DNA from: Spirochaetota bacterium
GTDB lineage: Bacteria; Spirochaetota; GWE2-31-10; JAFGQB01
Assembly: GCA_016935915.1 (NCBI GenBank)
Contig: JAFGQB010000116.1
Coordinates: 1-32,554 of the forward strand
Direction: 5' to 3'
Length of the DNA: 32,554 bases
Under the pieces are notes generated by a model. It was not told the DNA's origin. It saw only the letters and a list, made by a program, of their open reading frames with translations, and did not search any database. A program made the translations under genes and the position numbers. Each line of letters starts with the position of its first letter. The first letter of the stretch is position 1. Below, in pieces: positions 1-9,160 of the stretch.

Positions 1-303
1 GTGCAGAAGTGAACTTCCGTTAGAATTTATTACTTTTAGATCAGCGCCTGATTTTATCAGAAATTCATAAACCTCTTTTTTGCCAGGCGTATCTTCACCC
101 GAAAGTGCTCTGGAGAGGGGAGTGGAACCAAAATTTGAAGAACTTGCATTAATATCTGCTCCCTTTTCTATAAGTTTTTTAACTTCATCCAAATTCCCCT
201 TTTCAGCAGCTTTAATTAAAGCTTTGTTAAGACTTTCGTTATTTGCCGAATAAGATGAAAATAAAACAAATAAAAACATAATAATAAAAATAGATCTTTT
301 CAT
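1..303 (-). CDS. Ankyrin-repeat protein with N-terminal signal peptide; the gene's 3' end is cut by the window edge
   Basis: Reverse-strand ORF starts at the ATG (cat at 301-303) preceded by a GGAGGA RBS (tcctcc 306-311). Translation begins MKRSIFIIMFLFVLFSSYSANNESLNKALIKAAEKGNLDEVKKLIEKGADINASSSNFGSTPL..., a hydrophobic signal peptide followed by canonical ANK repeat signatures (GxLxxVKxLIxxGADINA, TPL). Confidence 0.7.
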   Translation of the reverse strand, partial: MKRSIFIIMFLFVLFSSYSANNESLNKALIKAAEKGNLDEVKKLIEKGADINASSSNFGSTPLSRALSGEDTPGKKEVYEFLIKSGADLKVINSNGSSLLH

Positions 304-439
304 ATTTCCTCCTGTCTATTGCTTTAAGTCATTGTTATACTTATATATTAATAAAAAAAATCAAGAATTTTTAAGATTATTATTGATGATAACCTATATT
401 CTTGATTTTTTAAATATTTATTTTTTTAATTATATAAAT

Positions 440-1288
440 TTATTTTTTTGAAATCATTTCTGTTATATCCATTAAGGTCGTTCCCTGTCCCATTACAGTA
501 GGCAGTATTCCATTCCATTTCTCTATCCATAGTTTTTGAATAAGCTGTGGTGTTATAGTGGTTCTTTGAAGCTCCTGTTCTCTTGCCTGTCCCTCTGCCT
601 GGGTAATCCTTGCTTCTTTCTGATATTTTGCCTGTTCAGCCTTGTTTTTTTCAGCCTCGATTTTTACCGCTTCGATCTGCTTTGCTTCAATTGCTTTTAC
701 ATATTCTTCAGCAAATTTAATCTCACGAATTCCTACACTATCCAGGATTATACCATTATCATTATATACTGGACTTAATTTATCTTCAATCCTTATTTGT
801 ACTTCTTGAACATTACCTGTATAAAGCTGTTCTGCATTAAATTCTCTTGGAATATTTCTAATCCAGATTCTTGATTCGGTTTTAACAATTCTTTCTACAA
901 TATCATCAAGTCTTCCGATATTATTGGCAATCCATGTTACTTTATTCGAATCAACACTAAATCTTACAGTATAATAAATATTTACCTGCTGTCCATCTTT
1001 AGTATTTGTATCTACAGGGAAATCTATATAATCAGCTCTACTATTTCCCTGTCTAGCTTCTGCAGTAGTTTCATAGATTATTTTTTTAGTGTTATAAGAT
1101 ATTGTATTATTGATAAACGGAAGAATAAAATTTAAACCAGGATACAGTACTTTTCCGGTAACCTTGCCAAACCTTGTCAATACATGAACGCTGCCGGCTG
1201 GAATAATTCTTATCATAGAGCCGACAACAAATATAGAAATAATGATAATAATGATAATTACAATAATTGTTTTTTTTAAATTAGCCAT
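440..1288 (-). CDS. SPFH/Band-7 family protein, prohibitin-like (HflC/HflK-type), with a single N-terminal TM anchor
   Basis: 282 aa. The N-terminal hydrophobic anchor is IIVIIIIIIISIFVV. The SPFH core reads RFGKV...LNFILPFI...VD..T.D.Q.V.I...V.F.V, followed by a C-terminal coiled-coil rich in EA/KQ (AKQIEAVKIEAEKNKAEQAKYQKEARITQAEGQAREQE) that is typical of prohibitin/HflK. AGGAG RBS 7 nt upstream. Confidence 0.8.
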   Translation of the reverse strand: MANLKKTIIVIIIIIIISIFVVGSMIRIIPAGSVHVLTRFGKVTGKVLYPGLNFILPFINNTISYNTKKIIYETTAEARQGNSRADYIDFPVDTNTKDGQQVNIYYTVRFSVDSNKVTWIANNIGRLDDIVERIVKTESRIWIRNIPREFNAEQLYTGNVQEVQIRIEDKLSPVYNDNGIILDSVGIREIKFAEEYVKAIEAKQIEAVKIEAEKNKAEQAKYQKEARITQAEGQAREQELQRTTITPQLIQKLWIEKWNGILPTVMGQGTTLMDITEMISKK

Positions 1289-1453
1289 ATTTTCTCCTTT
1301 AATTAAATGAAATATTATATAGTATTAATTTTCGTAATAGTAAGATTATAAACTTTAAATTTATTTATATTATTTAGATTTATTTAAATGCTATATTGTT
1401 TATACTTATAGGATGATATAATTATTTTTTATTCATCAATAATTAAAAACTTA

Positions 1454-1488
1454 AATAAAAAAACCTCTCTCGCATGATTTGAGAGAGG
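1454..1488 (-). terminator. Rho-independent terminator downstream of asnA (minus strand)
   Basis: Hairpin cctctctc (1464-1471) / gagagagg (1481-1488) with a 9-nt loop. On the minus-strand transcript it is followed directly by a U-run (plus-strand A-run 1454-1463). Confidence 0.7.
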
Positions 1489-1514
1489 TGATAAGGATAT
1501 TCAATAAATTCATA

Positions 1515-2672
1515 TTACTCTAATACATGTATATTTTTTTTGGAACATATATCTTTTAACTCTTGAGGCCATATAGATACTGTTACTTCGCCCAGATGAG
1601 CTGTTCTTAAAAGGTACATAAATGTACGTGCCTGACCGATACCGCCGCCTATGGATAATGGTATCTGGTCATTTAAAATAGCTTTATGATAAGGCAGTTT
1701 CAAGAAGTCAGTCTGACCGGTAATTTCAAGCTGTTTTCTTAATGTATCCTTTGTAACACGAATGCCCATGGAAGTTAATTCATGCCTTCGTCTTGTTACA
1801 GGATTCCATACTAAGATATCTCCATTAATGCCGTGCATTGGTTTACCATCATCAGAAACTGTTTCTGTTACCCAGTCATCATAATCAGCAGCCCTCATTT
1901 CATGAGGATAACCGTCTTTCAATGTCCAGCCGATACCGATTATAAATACTGCTTTATATTTTTGAACAACTAAGGTTTCCCTTTGTTTGCGGGGTAGATC
2001 TGGATACATATCAAGAATCTCCTCTGCATGAAAGAATGTGAGTTCTTCAGGAATTTCTGTATATTTATCGGTTTTAAGTTCAGGCCAGTTTTCAATCACC
2101 AGCTTGCCTGCACCGTATATTACCTTCCAGATTTTCTGAACAACTTCTTTTAAAAATTTTAAGTTTCGCTGATCTTTTGTGATTGCTCTTTCCCAATCCC
2201 ACTGATCCACATAACAGCTGTGATCATGATCAAGAAAATAATCTTTTCTTATTGCGCGCATGTCAGTGCATATACCTTCTCCGACTTTGCAGTCAAACTG
2301 CTTTAAAGCCATTCGCTTCCATTTGGTAGCTGCCTGAACGACCTGAGCATGGATTGGTTTATCGAGTCCTAAGCCGCAATTAAACTCAATGGGAGTTCTT
2401 GAACCATCCCTGTCAAGATAGTCGTTTACACCACTTTCACGTGATACCATGAGAGGCACCTGTACCATTGTGAGATTTAATTCTTTGCACAAGTTTTTTT
2501 CAATATAGTCTTTGATTACATAAACTGCTTTCATTCTCTCAAGCGGAGGAAGAAGCGGTTTATAGTCGTTTGGTAGAATTTTATCGACCTCTTCATAAGT
2601 GCTTACTCCCGGTCCTGCCAGATCTGCTTCTTTGCCTAAATTTTTCATCTCTTCATTTACTTTTTTATTCAT
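1515..2672 (-). CDS. asnA: Aspartate--ammonia ligase (asparagine synthetase A) with a ~46-aa N-terminal extension
   Basis: 385 aa. Contains AsnA hallmark blocks VDQWDWER, GDILVWNPV, SSMGIRV and GGGIGQAR, and is collinear with E. coli AsnA from M47 onward (MKAVYVIKDY vs MKTAYIAKQ). A strong GGAGGT RBS 5 nt before the 2672 ATG supports the long form; the internal M47 has no RBS. Confidence 0.85.
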   Translation of the reverse strand: MNKKVNEEMKNLGKEADLAGPGVSTYEEVDKILPNDYKPLLPPLERMKAVYVIKDYIEKNLCKELNLTMVQVPLMVSRESGVNDYLDRDGSRTPIEFNCGLGLDKPIHAQVVQAATKWKRMALKQFDCKVGEGICTDMRAIRKDYFLDHDHSCYVDQWDWERAITKDQRNLKFLKEVVQKIWKVIYGAGKLVIENWPELKTDKYTEIPEELTFFHAEEILDMYPDLPRKQRETLVVQKYKAVFIIGIGWTLKDGYPHEMRAADYDDWVTETVSDDGKPMHGINGDILVWNPVTRRRHELTSMGIRVTKDTLRKQLEITGQTDFLKLPYHKAILNDQIPLSIGGGIGQARTFMYLLRTAHLGEVTVSIWPQELKDICSKKNIHVLE

Positions 2673-2745
2673 TTTTACCTCCAGTAAAAATTACAGATAA
2701 ACTTCTGGATAATTTATACAATTAAATATATAAAAAAGTCAATTA

Positions 2746-4140
2746 TTAAAACTTTACCTTGCCGCTTATCTTATACTTCTGAATATAACCAGAGTTTGTT
2801 GAGCCGAACTCTCCGGGATACCATGTATTATTGACGATTTCCCAGCCGAGAGGGTAGCTTGCAGAAATAGCAATGCTGAACGCCTGAAATGGCTCTATGT
2901 CAATGATAAAAGATAAAAGGGCGGACTGGTCATCAATGCCGAACAGATAACTTGCACTCAATGAAACATATGTATTAATGATGTATTTTACAAGACCGAA
3001 AATATAGTTATGCCTCAGGAAATAGAGAGGTTTTTTACTTTCGTCAAAAAGAGATAACCTGTTATAAGTATCTGTCTTTTTCCAGTCATTGCTTATATAT
3101 AATTCCCCTATGTCCTTTTCATCAAAGTCTAGCATACCGCTTCCATAAAAGAGATATTCTATTAATAGGTAGAATTTTGAATCTGTATTTGCTACAGGTA
3201 TCGTATAGTCTAATCCGATACTTGCCTCCAGTCCTCGGAAAAAGTATAGCTCTTTTCCATAATAGTTTTTTTCGCGTATTGTTTTCTGATCAAGCCTGTA
3301 TAAAATTTCAGTAAAAAGACCGATCTCAACATCAGCTTTCATGCTGAAACCGAATATATGCGAATAATCATTATTTACTGAGTCTGCAAGACCTATATCT
3401 GATGGTTTTTGCAGATATGATATTTCGGGCAGAAATAGAGAATATAAAAATTCAAAATTAAATCTGTCAACTGTAAAGTTTGTTGCACTCCCGAACTTAA
3501 ATCCCCAGCCGTTCTGCTGAATAGGATCATCCGGTGCTATTGCAAACAGTTCAATGCTCCATAAATCCGCAGGATAAAACGTTGTTTTCAGGGCTATCTT
3601 GCCTTGAGGTCTTGCATTGGGATTGAACGGATCAACAGGATTAAATATATCCATTGGCTTGAAAAAATAACTGTAGCCTCTGGCTATTCTAATCAATCCG
3701 GTCTCAATGTCGACTTCAGTTGTGCTAACTTTAAAAAATAACCTTTCGAGATCTAATGACCCTACATATGTTGATTTGTAATAAAAAGGAATCGAAAAAT
3801 AATTATTACGTATCAGTTTGTATTCAACAGGATCGATCAGCATTGAGATCGCTGTTTGTGCATAAAAAATTTTATATTGATCCGTATAATTTCCTGAAAA
3901 AGTATTGACGTTGAATGCTATACCAAAAGATATGAAATCATTGATTCTGCTTGTTATCTTAAGGTTTGCATAATTGTTAACACCCCAGCTGTATAACCCT
4001 ATGTCATTATATTTATATTCCCTCTTGTGAGTTGAGTCAAATGTTGATTCAAGTTCCCCGTAAAAGTTAACCGATGATTTTGCTGAAATATTAATTAAAC
4101 AAAATAAAGTGATTGATATTGTCAGAATTTTTTTTATCAT
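2746..4140 (-). CDS. Outer-membrane beta-barrel protein (hypothetical) with signal peptide
   Basis: 464 aa. N-terminal signal peptide MIKKILTISITLFCLINISA. The sequence is rich in alternating aromatic/hydrophobic beta-strand patterns (Y/F/W/G rich) and ends with the C-terminal residues ...GKVKF, a terminal Phe typical of OMP barrels. It sits 27 nt downstream of the LolA-like gene on the same strand. Confidence 0.55.
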   Translation of the reverse strand: MIKKILTISITLFCLINISAKSSVNFYGELESTFDSTHKREYKYNDIGLYSWGVNNYANLKITSRINDFISFGIAFNVNTFSGNYTDQYKIFYAQTAISMLIDPVEYKLIRNNYFSIPFYYKSTYVGSLDLERLFFKVSTTEVDIETGLIRIARGYSYFFKPMDIFNPVDPFNPNARPQGKIALKTTFYPADLWSIELFAIAPDDPIQQNGWGFKFGSATNFTVDRFNFEFLYSLFLPEISYLQKPSDIGLADSVNNDYSHIFGFSMKADVEIGLFTEILYRLDQKTIREKNYYGKELYFFRGLEASIGLDYTIPVANTDSKFYLLIEYLFYGSGMLDFDEKDIGELYISNDWKKTDTYNRLSLFDESKKPLYFLRHNYIFGLVKYIINTYVSLSASYLFGIDDQSALLSFIIDIEPFQAFSIAISASYPLGWEIVNNTWYPGEFGSTNSGYIQKYKISGKVKF

Positions 4141-4167
4141 GATAATTTTTCCGTTATTTAACTATAT

Positions 4168-4920
4168 TTATCTGCTTAATCTTTTTAAACTGAACGCATC
4201 ATCGGGTATTTGTACATTCATTTTAATATTTTTCATTTTAAATAATGTTCTTGAATCTTTTCTTAATAGATCCTTTATCTGCATTTCTGTGGCAAAATAT
4301 TTATTGCCTATCCATTCAGCATCAAGCAGAAGAAATTCTTTTAATTTTGCACCTGATAAAGCAAATCTTTCAATTTTCAATGCAGCAAAGGTTTCCTTGT
4401 CAACCCAGATAAGCTCTTTGGGATATGATACTGTTTTCTTTTTTGCGTTGAGTTCCAGAAGCCAAACATCTTTACCTTTGAATTTAGTGTCTGAGTCAAA
4501 TTTTATCTGATCGATAATTTTTGCATTATACTGACTTTCCAGTGTTTCATTTTCAATGGCATCTTCATAAGAAAGATCTGACCCCATCATTGACTCTCTG
4601 AGCATATGACCTGTAATGGGGATGACTTTTTCTGTATCATCGGAATAATAAAACAGATTACCATCTTTCTTCATATATTTTGTCCCAAGATCATCAGGAT
4701 TTGTAAACTCGATATAATAGTTTAATCTTCCCTTTGCATATGATGTAAATGTCTTTATTATTTTTTTCCCCGTTATGAATATTGTCATGTCTCCTTCATA
4801 CTGAATGGCATTGAAAACTTCATTGTTATCAAGTTTTCTGATTATTGTCAATGCATCCTGTGAAAAAGCATTTTGCAGTATAAATAGCGCCCAAAAAAAT
4901 ATCATTGATTTTAATTTCAT
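4168..4920 (-). CDS. LolA-like outer-membrane lipoprotein-sorting protein (periplasmic, signal peptide)
   Basis: 250 aa. Signal peptide MKLKSMIFFWALFILQNAFSQ. The size, the aromatic-rich composition and the position immediately downstream of a MacB/FtsX-type ABC transporter match the 'outer membrane lipoprotein-sorting protein' (LolA-like) family that is usually encoded with such transporters. AAGGAGA RBS. Confidence 0.5.
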   Translation of the reverse strand: MKLKSMIFFWALFILQNAFSQDALTIIRKLDNNEVFNAIQYEGDMTIFITGKKIIKTFTSYAKGRLNYYIEFTNPDDLGTKYMKKDGNLFYYSDDTEKVIPITGHMLRESMMGSDLSYEDAIENETLESQYNAKIIDQIKFDSDTKFKGKDVWLLELNAKKKTVSYPKELIWVDKETFAALKIERFALSGAKLKEFLLLDAEWIGNKYFATEMQIKDLLRKDSRTLFKMKNIKMNVQIPDDAFSLKRLSR

Positions 4921-4941
4921 TCTTTTCTCCTTATTAATTAT

Positions 4942-6627
4942 TTATCTTCTTAATGCTTCAACCGGTTCAATAAACGCCGATTTTAATGACGGTATTATAG
5001 TACATGCTGAGGTCAGTAGTGAACCGAACAAAAAGCTGGAAAGAAGTATCATAAATGAAAATTTTACAAAAATTGTATTGGTAACAGGGAACTCTATTCC
5101 TCCCATCATTGCTTCCATGCTTACAGGCATATAGGATAGGATAAGTGTTGTAATACCTCCGATAAATGTTCCGAAAAAAGCACCTATAACACTTAAAAAG
5201 AAAGCTTCAAGAAAGAATACTATGATTATTTCGTGTCTTTTCATTCCGAGAGCTCCCATCATACCGATTTCTTTGATCCTCTCATGTATTACCATTAATA
5301 CTGTGTTTATTATAAGAAATGAAGCTACAATTAAAAACACTGCATAAATTATATAATACATCAATTCAAATGAATTAAACATAGCTAAAAATGGAAATTG
5401 AGTCCAGTCTTTAATAACAAGCTCAGGATTGTTAAATTTTAAAGATATTTCCTGTTTAATATTTCCTATGTCTTTTAAATTTTCCGCAAATACAAATATG
5501 CTTTGAGTTTTATTTCTTAATGATGCTAATTTCTGCATTCTTTCATATGGTATGATGAGCATGGATTCATCTATTGTTATATAATCATATTCAAAAACTC
5601 CAGTAATTCTTGGGTCTGAGTATTTATCCGAATACTGGCTTGATAAGATTTTAAAAGGGATTCTGAGTTCCAGAGCGGATTTAATGTATGAAAGCAGTTC
5701 CTCATTTTTTTTTAAATCATTTTTAATATTATAAACTTCATTGTCTGCATCATATTGATAAGATTTTAAAAATGTTTCCTTCATATAATCAAATATTAAT
5801 AGATATTCAACAGTATTGGCAAAATTACCTATTCTTTCCGGTAGACTTTTTACATCAATGTTCATGAACAAGTTTATGAGGTCCAAATATTTTATTTTTT
5901 CAATTTTATTTAATCTTTTCACCTCTTTTTTTGGAAGGTTTTGATAATTGAAAAGAGTGAGCTTATATGATTTTAATGACTCGTCATATTTATAGCAGTC
6001 TTTCATCAATGTTGCTTCTTCCTTATCGATATTGTTGATAAGCCATTCAAATTCATACTTGTCAATTACTGTCCATATGATTTCCATCTTTTTTGCCAGC
6101 CTGTAACCTATGGCGCATTCATTTTCATTTTTATCGGGATATCTTCCGATTAAAAGACCATTGCTTTTTCTTGTAAAATTGTAATATCCGTATTTAATTT
6201 TATCATCTACTGATTGCAGAATATCATCGATTTTTACACCTGCGATTATCCCGTGTTTTACTTTACTGTTTGTAAAAGTCCCGTATGACAGTATCCTCGG
6301 AGTGACTCTTTTTACTCCTTTGATTTTTTTTATTTCATCAATATAGTAATCCGGATTTTCAACAGGATACCATACAGGCATAAAATTTTCTTCCTTTTCA
6401 TAATCCTTTGTCGTTATTTTAATATGACCTGATTCAAATGTTGTTGCAATAAGCTTCATGCTGTCCATCATGCCTTCCACAAAAGCCATAAAGAAAACTA
6501 TCAACAAGACAGCCAGACCTACTGCAGCCATGCTTAATATTGATCTTCTTGTGTTTCTGAATATATTCCTATATGCAATTTTAATCAAATAAATAAAACT
6601 GGTTAAAATATTGTTCCCCTTATTCAT
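4942..6627 (-). CDS. ABC transporter permease, FtsX/MacB-type, with a large periplasmic domain
   Basis: N-terminal TM after the Arg-rich AYRNIFRNTRRS. Large extracytoplasmic domain (~400 aa). C-terminal FtsX 3-TM module (FLIINTVLMVIHERIKEIGMMGALGMKRHEIIIVFFLEAFFLSVIGAFFGTFIGG). The start is set at the ATG at 6627 (MNKGNN...) because a GGAGGA RBS lies 5 nt upstream; the longer ORF (to 6660) would overlap the upstream gene and has no RBS. Confidence 0.8.
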   Translation of the reverse strand: MNKGNNILTSFIYLIKIAYRNIFRNTRRSILSMAAVGLAVLLIVFFMAFVEGMMDSMKLIATTFESGHIKITTKDYEKEENFMPVWYPVENPDYYIDEIKKIKGVKRVTPRILSYGTFTNSKVKHGIIAGVKIDDILQSVDDKIKYGYYNFTRKSNGLLIGRYPDKNENECAIGYRLAKKMEIIWTVIDKYEFEWLINNIDKEEATLMKDCYKYDESLKSYKLTLFNYQNLPKKEVKRLNKIEKIKYLDLINLFMNIDVKSLPERIGNFANTVEYLLIFDYMKETFLKSYQYDADNEVYNIKNDLKKNEELLSYIKSALELRIPFKILSSQYSDKYSDPRITGVFEYDYITIDESMLIIPYERMQKLASLRNKTQSIFVFAENLKDIGNIKQEISLKFNNPELVIKDWTQFPFLAMFNSFELMYYIIYAVFLIVASFLIINTVLMVIHERIKEIGMMGALGMKRHEIIIVFFLEAFFLSVIGAFFGTFIGGITTLILSYMPVSMEAMMGGIEFPVTNTIFVKFSFMILLSSFLFGSLLTSACTIIPSLKSAFIEPVEALRR

Positions 6628-6652
6628 AGTTTCCTCCGATACGGTTTCTTTA

Positions 6653-8419
6653 TCACTCAAATCTTAAAGCATCTACTATGGACATTTTTACTGCTTTTAA
6701 AGCAGGGAAAAAAGCAGTAAATGCGGCAATTATTGTCGCAATAATTGGTGAAGCTATTATTGTGTGAAAATTCCATGCTCCTCTGAAAATACCTACTACT
6801 CTGTAACCGAAATTTTCCATATTAGTTTCTGCAAGTATATTGGTATAGTCGATTCCGTAATAAATGATCCAATAGTCCAATACCAGTCCTAAAATTATTC
6901 CGATAAAGGAACCTATAAAACCTATTAGTCCGGCTTCATATAAGAATAACTTTATTATATCGAAATCCCTCATACCGTTGGCTCTAAGCATTCCTATCTC
7001 TTTGGTTCTTTCAAAAATAGCCATGAGCATTGTATTTGCAATACCCATAATTGCAAGTAAAAATAGTATGCCTATCATGATATTTGTTGTTACTATATCT
7101 CCTGCCGATGCAGCAAGGTAATCTTTTGCAACATCCTGCCAGTTAACCACAGTTAAATTATCAGGAAGTTTATTGCCCAGAATATTTTTAATATATTTTG
7201 CAGTTTCATCCTTGCCCGGCAGGGAGTATTCGCTGAAACCTTTTTTTCTTATGCATATCTCTGTAATTGCTCCTTCAAGCATAATACCTTTATTATCCTG
7301 CAAAATATCCAGCGGTAGATATGCAACATTACCGTTAATGGCTGGATTTGGGGAATTAATAATGCCGGCAACGGTTATATCAATTAATTGATGAATGTGT
7401 TTGATTCTGCCTTTTTCATCCTTTTTATCTATTGTCACAGAGCATCTTACAACATCACCTATTTTTACTTTTAGGTCTTTTGCTCCCCTGACTCCAAGCA
7501 GACAAGCGAAACTTCCATTTTCAATGAAATTGTAATAATCTGCTGATTTTAATGCATCTATAATATTATTCGTATAATCTCTTTCCAAAACCCTTTTTAT
7601 GGATCTGAATTTTAAATTTGCCTTATCAAGCTTTTTTTCATATGACTTAAGCTTATTAATGGAAATAAATTTTTTATAATTGTTTAAAGTATTATTGAAA
7701 TTTTTTATTATATATTTATTTATAAAATCTGGTTTATCATAGTTTTTATCTGTTTTTTTTATCAATCCATTGGTAAGTCCGTTTTCTTTTATATAACTGA
7801 TTTTATTGTTCAATTCTTCAATTTTTAATTTTATGTTTTGTATTTTATCATTCTCATCAGTATTGATGTTTTTATAATAATAAGTATCATTTTTAAAATT
7901 CAATTCATAAGCATTCATCAAATTCTTTTTTAAATTTAAATTGTTGATTTCAGGAAGTATCTTGTTTTCAAATATATATTTTGATAATTTGTAAGGGGGT
8001 TCAGAGTATTTATAGTATTTAAATACTTTTTTTTCCATTTCAGGATCAGCACCTATGAACATAAAAGGAAGTTCTATTTCCGGGCTAAGAAGTGATCCGG
8101 TAAAAACAGCTCTCGGAGCTCCAACATAACCTGCTTCATCAAGAGCTTTTAGGATTTTTTCATAATCATTAAAAGTTTCATACATGGGAAGTTCATCTCT
8201 TTTTTCAAAATATGATTTTGAGTAAATTTTTGAACTTCCGGTTTCATAATTTACAAGATTTCTTTTTGAATCAAGATTCATGCCTAAAAGCCATGAATCC
8301 ATCCAGATATAAATGGAAAGACCGATTGTAATTGCAATGGCTGTAAGTATTGTCTTTACTCTGTGTCTTCCAAGGTTTTTAAAAGCAATTACAAGAAGAT
8401 TTATCTTTTCACCTTTCAT
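6653..8419 (-). CDS. ABC transporter permease, FtsX/MacB-type, with a large periplasmic domain containing a coiled-coil
   Basis: 588 aa. N-terminal TM (ILTAIAITIGLSIYIWM). A ~400-aa periplasmic region contains a heptad coiled-coil (NDKIQNIKLKIEELNNKISYIKENG). C-terminal FtsX module (ILFLLAIMGIANTMLMAIFERTKEIGMLRANGMRDFDIIKLFLYEAGLIGFIGSFIG). AGGAGG RBS. The start overlaps the ATPase stop (ATGA). Confidence 0.8.
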   Translation of the reverse strand: MKGEKINLLVIAFKNLGRHRVKTILTAIAITIGLSIYIWMDSWLLGMNLDSKRNLVNYETGSSKIYSKSYFEKRDELPMYETFNDYEKILKALDEAGYVGAPRAVFTGSLLSPEIELPFMFIGADPEMEKKVFKYYKYSEPPYKLSKYIFENKILPEINNLNLKKNLMNAYELNFKNDTYYYKNINTDENDKIQNIKLKIEELNNKISYIKENGLTNGLIKKTDKNYDKPDFINKYIIKNFNNTLNNYKKFISINKLKSYEKKLDKANLKFRSIKRVLERDYTNNIIDALKSADYYNFIENGSFACLLGVRGAKDLKVKIGDVVRCSVTIDKKDEKGRIKHIHQLIDITVAGIINSPNPAINGNVAYLPLDILQDNKGIMLEGAITEICIRKKGFSEYSLPGKDETAKYIKNILGNKLPDNLTVVNWQDVAKDYLAASAGDIVTTNIMIGILFLLAIMGIANTMLMAIFERTKEIGMLRANGMRDFDIIKLFLYEAGLIGFIGSFIGIILGLVLDYWIIYYGIDYTNILAETNMENFGYRVVGIFRGAWNFHTIIASPIIATIIAAFTAFFPALKAVKMSIVDALRFE

Positions 8420-9102
8420 TTTTTTACATCCTCCTGGATTTTACCATCTCTTAATTTTATTATTCGATTTGCAAAATCCATGACCAGCTTATCGTGAGTT
8501 GAAAATAAAAAGGTTACTTTTTTATCCTGATTTAACTTTTTCATTATTTCAAGAACTTCCGTTGCGGTTATAGAGTCCAGATTTGCCGTAGGTTCATCGG
8601 CAAGGATCAGTTTTGGCGCTTTGATCAGCGCTCTGGCTATTGCAACTCTCTGCTGCTGACCTCCTGACATTTCTGTCGGTCTTCTTTTTTCCATGCTTTC
8701 AAGCCCTACAACTTTTAGAGATTCATAGGATTTTTCTTTTATTTCTTCACTGTTATAACCTAAAAGCGTTAAAGGGAAAGCTACGTTTTCAAATGCAGTC
8801 AAAACAGGTATCAGGTTATATGCCTGAAAAATAAATCCCATTTTTTCTCTTCTAAGGTAAGCAAGTTCATCTTTTTTCATATTCCCAACAGATGTATTAT
8901 CAAATAATACTTCTCCGCTTGTCGGTGTATCCAGACAGCCTATAAGGTGCAGAAGTGTTGACTTACCGCTTCCTGAAGGTCCTACAATTGCGGTAAACTC
9001 GCTTTCATTTATTGTCATATCAATGCCTCTTAGAGCATTTACAGTGATTTTTTTTATCTGATAATCCTTAATCAGTTTTTTTGTTTCAACTATTTTACTC
9101 AT
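8416..9102 (-). CDS. ABC transporter ATP-binding protein (MacB/LolD-type ATPase)
   Basis: Walker A GPSGSGKST, Q-loop, ABC signature MSGGQQQRVAIARAL and Walker B LILADEPTANLD are all present. The start is set at MSKIVETKKL (9102) because AGGAGG lies 5 nt upstream; the ORF-track start at 9126 lacks an RBS. Confidence 0.9.
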   Translation of the reverse strand: MSKIVETKKLIKDYQIKKITVNALRGIDMTINESEFTAIVGPSGSGKSTLLHLIGCLDTPTSGEVLFDNTSVGNMKKDELAYLRREKMGFIFQAYNLIPVLTAFENVAFPLTLLGYNSEEIKEKSYESLKVVGLESMEKRRPTEMSGGQQQRVAIARALIKAPKLILADEPTANLDSITATEVLEIMKKLNQDKKVTFLFSTHDKLVMDFANRIIKLRDGKIQEDVKK

Positions 9103-9160
9103 TTTATCCTCCTGTAATATTTGCATGCATGGAACAGCCGTGCATGTTCCTTACAATTGT

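Noticed and set aside
536-778. 80-aa ORF on the plus strand inside the SPFH/prohibitin gene
   Set aside because: It lies entirely antisense within a well-supported CDS. Its low-complexity Phe/Leu-rich translation is typical of antisense frames in AT-rich DNA, and it has no RBS.
4109-4510. 133-aa plus-strand ORF overlapping the OMP and LolA-like genes
   Set aside because: Antisense to two convincing minus-strand genes, with a low-complexity translation.
6628-6660. Longer N-terminus (MSDKETVSEET...) for the first FtsX permease, as given in the ORF track
   Set aside because: The extension would overlap the upstream permease and lacks an RBS, whereas the internal ATG at 6627 is preceded by GGAGGA at ideal spacing.
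9103-9126. ORF-track start MQILQEDK for the ABC ATPase
   Set aside because: No RBS, whereas the downstream ATG (MSKIVETKKL) at 9102 has AGGAGG 5 nt upstream.
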